DNA of 28,938 nucleotides, taken from a virus (Duplodnaviria > Caudoviricetes). Below the pieces are notes generated by a model. That model was given only the letters and a program-made list of their open reading frames with translations, ran no database searches and was not told the origin of the DNA. Below are positions 26,892 through 28,938 of this stretch, piece after piece. The stretch is from positions 1-28,938 of IMG/VR virus record IMGVR_UViG_3300010236_000013; one strand, given 5' to 3'. The stretch's first letter is position 1. Each line of letters begins with the position of its first letter. Both the position numbers and the translations under genes were made by a program.

Positions 26892-28115
26892 CTACTGACG
26901 GTATGCGTCGAAGTTTAAGCTACTGTTTGATGAATTATTATATAAAGGAAACTTCTTACTTAAAAAATCACTTAGAATGCCACTGCTGTTCTTATTACTC
27001 GCTGTTGAAGCTTTCTCATAAGGATAAAGTTCATTCATTTGTTGTGCTAATGCAGCTTTCATCTGTTTCTTCTGTGCGTCGGAGTAGTACGGCGTGTTGT
27101 CTATGATAGCATTTTGTTGTGCTATCATTTTCCATGCCTGATTTCTTTCGTAATTAGCTGTGGTATTTATTTCCACACCTTGGTCGTTTAAATTAGCGTC
27201 ACCGATACCACCTAAATTACTTAAGAATGTTCTCATATCCTGGGTGTACGCTAGGTCAACGTCGCTTGGACCAGTAGTTGTTGTTGATTGATTTGATCTA
27301 TTTAAACTATTAATTTGTGCACGAGTTAAAAGTGCGTCCAAAGTATCCTGGCCATTATACTTTCCAGTCAGGGATGCATCTGCTATTGCATTTTCACGTG
27401 ATAGTTGAAGCGCATCAGCAATGGCTTGTCTAGTAGCTGATTCTCCTTCTATAGTCTTGTTGTATTGATCAAGAGCATTTTGTGCAATCGTGGCTTCTAA
27501 ATTGCCCTCGTTGGTTAAACCTGTTGCCAGCAAGTCCTGGTCGTAACCAGCGAACTCTGCGGCCAATGCCTCCAAATCAGCTAGTGAAGACGCTGCTAAA
27601 TTCTCAAACTGCGGCGCGTAGGTATCGGCAACTTTCCTTTGCTCATAAGAAACCAATCCACCACCATTAGGGTCACGATGAAGTGCTGATTTAGTCATTC
27701 TATTCCAATCAGCTTTCTTATTAGCCTCAAGACTAAGCCGTGCTTGGCGTGTAGCTTCATTCATAGTAGCAGTCCTTGCCTTTAACCGTGCGTCCAACGC
27801 AGCCTGTTTTGCAGCTTGTATCTCAGCAAGTTTAGCACGTTGCGGATCAGCCATCTTAGACACTGCATTATACTGAGTTGAGTATGCGTCCGTTGCAGGA
27901 GTGGGATTGGCCGCTTGTCCAGCGAAGAATGACTGCATCTGTTCCGGTGACATGTACGCTGTACCAGTCGTATTGGTGTATGCATCTTTGTTAAGAACCA
28001 TTGGTGCAAAACCCTTTTTACCTAGTGAGATATTCCTAGTTGTAGGGTCCCAATTCACATCGTAGCCATACTTATTAGCAAAACTTCTAACTGCAATAGG
28101 GTCGTTGCTTGCCAT
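26892..28115 (-). CDS. putative internal virion protein, coiled-coil rich, N-terminal copper-amine-oxidase-N-like motif
   Basis: ATG 28115 after GGAGGTG; VRSFANKYGYDVNWDPTTRNISL; Ala/Gln-rich helices. Confidence 0.65.
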   Translation of the reverse strand: MASNDPIAVRSFANKYGYDVNWDPTTRNISLGKKGFAPMVLNKDAYTNTTGTAYMSPEQMQSFFAGQAANPTPATDAYSTQYNAVSKMADPQRAKLAEIQAAKQAALDARLKARTATMNEATRQARLSLEANKKADWNRMTKSALHRDPNGGGLVSYEQRKVADTYAPQFENLAASSLADLEALAAEFAGYDQDLLATGLTNEGNLEATIAQNALDQYNKTIEGESATRQAIADALQLSRENAIADASLTGKYNGQDTLDALLTRAQINSLNRSNQSTTTTGPSDVDLAYTQDMRTFLSNLGGIGDANLNDQGVEINTTANYERNQAWKMIAQQNAIIDNTPYYSDAQKKQMKAALAQQMNELYPYEKASTASNKNSSGILSDFLSKKFPLYNNSSNSSLNFDAYRQ

Positions 28116-28116
28116 A

Positions 28117-28431
28117 TTACAGCACCTCCATAATTTCCAGCTCGCCCTGGTCGTAAGTTGTTTGTGTGTTAGTTGTGCTATAGTAGACGAGTACCTCAAT
28201 TAAATATTTACCAGCAACCGTAGTATCTGCAGCCACCAGCGTGTAGTGACACGTTCCATTTGGTGCGGAATCCACAGTGCATGTTTTAGACAAACGCGTG
28301 GCCGTATTCCCACCAGAGATCACCACAGTAACTGTAGCGCCATCAAGGTCAACAACCGCATTGTCCTGGTTTTTAATAACAAAACGCAGGACTACTCCTG
28401 CGTCATTCTTCTTTATTCTCTTTATAGCCAT
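28117..28431 (-). CDS. BppU-N-like small virion structural protein
   Basis: IKKND....L.F.......VDL.GATV...G.C.Y......DT...G.Y..EV pattern. Confidence 0.65.
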   Translation of the reverse strand: MAIKRIKKNDAGVVLRFVIKNQDNAVVDLDGATVTVVISGGNTATRLSKTCTVDSAPNGTCHYTLVAADTTVAGKYLIEVLVYYSTTNTQTTYDQGELEIMEVL

Positions 28432-28938
28432 TAGATGTTGCTCACTTCCTTAAGAGTAAACGTATACTCCTTAGCTGTTCTCTGCACGCTTGTATATTCT
28501 TTTGCTATATGCAGTGTTTCCGTATATTCTTTAGCGATATGCAGCGTGAACTTTACTGCTGGTAGTGCTCCTAGTACTCTAGGCTCTACCATGCTGGCAC
28601 TTGCATTACCAGCTACAGCTTCAACCGTGATGTCCAAATCACCGACATTCGTGGGCATACCTGCTGCCGCTGTTGCCGCCGCTACTGCGGCAAAAATAAC
28701 ATTATGTGGAATTGCAGGAGTGAGCATTTCAGCCGCTGCTGCCGCTGGTGCGTCTACCATAACAACGTAATCATAAAGTATTTCCGGTACAGGCATGTCA
28801 GCCGATGCTGTAGGCGCAGTCGTTACTATAATTATCGTCGGTCCAATACTTACTATTGGCGTTGGCATTTCAGCTAATGCTGCCATTGCCGCGGCAAAAA
28901 CAACATTGCTTGGAAGTACTGGGATAGGCATTGCCGCC
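28431..28938 (-). CDS. partial repetitive Ala/Pro/Val-rich virion (fibre-like) protein, 5' end outside window
   Basis: Repeating A.A.A.MP.P motif and three 10-aa AKEYT repeats at the C-terminus; frame appears open to the window edge. Confidence 0.6.
   Translation of the reverse strand, partial: AAMPIPVLPSNVVFAAAMAALAEMPTPIVSIGPTIIIVTTAPTASADMPVPEILYDYVVMVDAPAAAAAEMLTPAIPHNVIFAAVAAATAAAGMPTNVGDLDITVEAVAGNASASMVEPRVLGALPAVKFTLHIAKEYTETLHIAKEYTSVQRTAKEYTFTLKEVSNI

Overview
A 29-kb segment of a temperate bacteriophage, probably infecting a Firmicute (Clostridia-like; inferred from strong GGAGG RBSs, a YhaM-like gene, a toxin-secretion-type holin and an Amidase_3 endolysin). It has two convergent arms. 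The + arm (1-18568) holds small early genes, a multi-zinc-finger protein with an M28 peptidase, xis-int, a candidate intact attP (7580-7840), a cI/cro switch, and a replication-recombination operon (SNF2 helicase, PD-(D/E)XK nuclease, Sak4-like ATPase, SSB-like protein, RuvC-like resolvase, YhaM, and a UDG-PolA fusion polymerase). The - arm (18674-28938) holds virion/ejection-type genes, holin, endolysin and a metallophosphoesterase. The standout is directly after the polymerase: a 295-aa Nop/IS110-related protein with no nuclease domain (17208-18095), flanked on both sides by a degenerate 36-nt periodic array (9-nt repeat, 9-nt spacer, different 9-nt repeat, 9-nt spacer). This has the architecture of a TIGR-Tas (TasA-type) RNA-guided DNA-targeting system. 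A second candidate is a small protein resembling Csx16/Csx20-type ring nucleases (13257-13568). All protein calls come from reading motifs by eye; no database searches were run.
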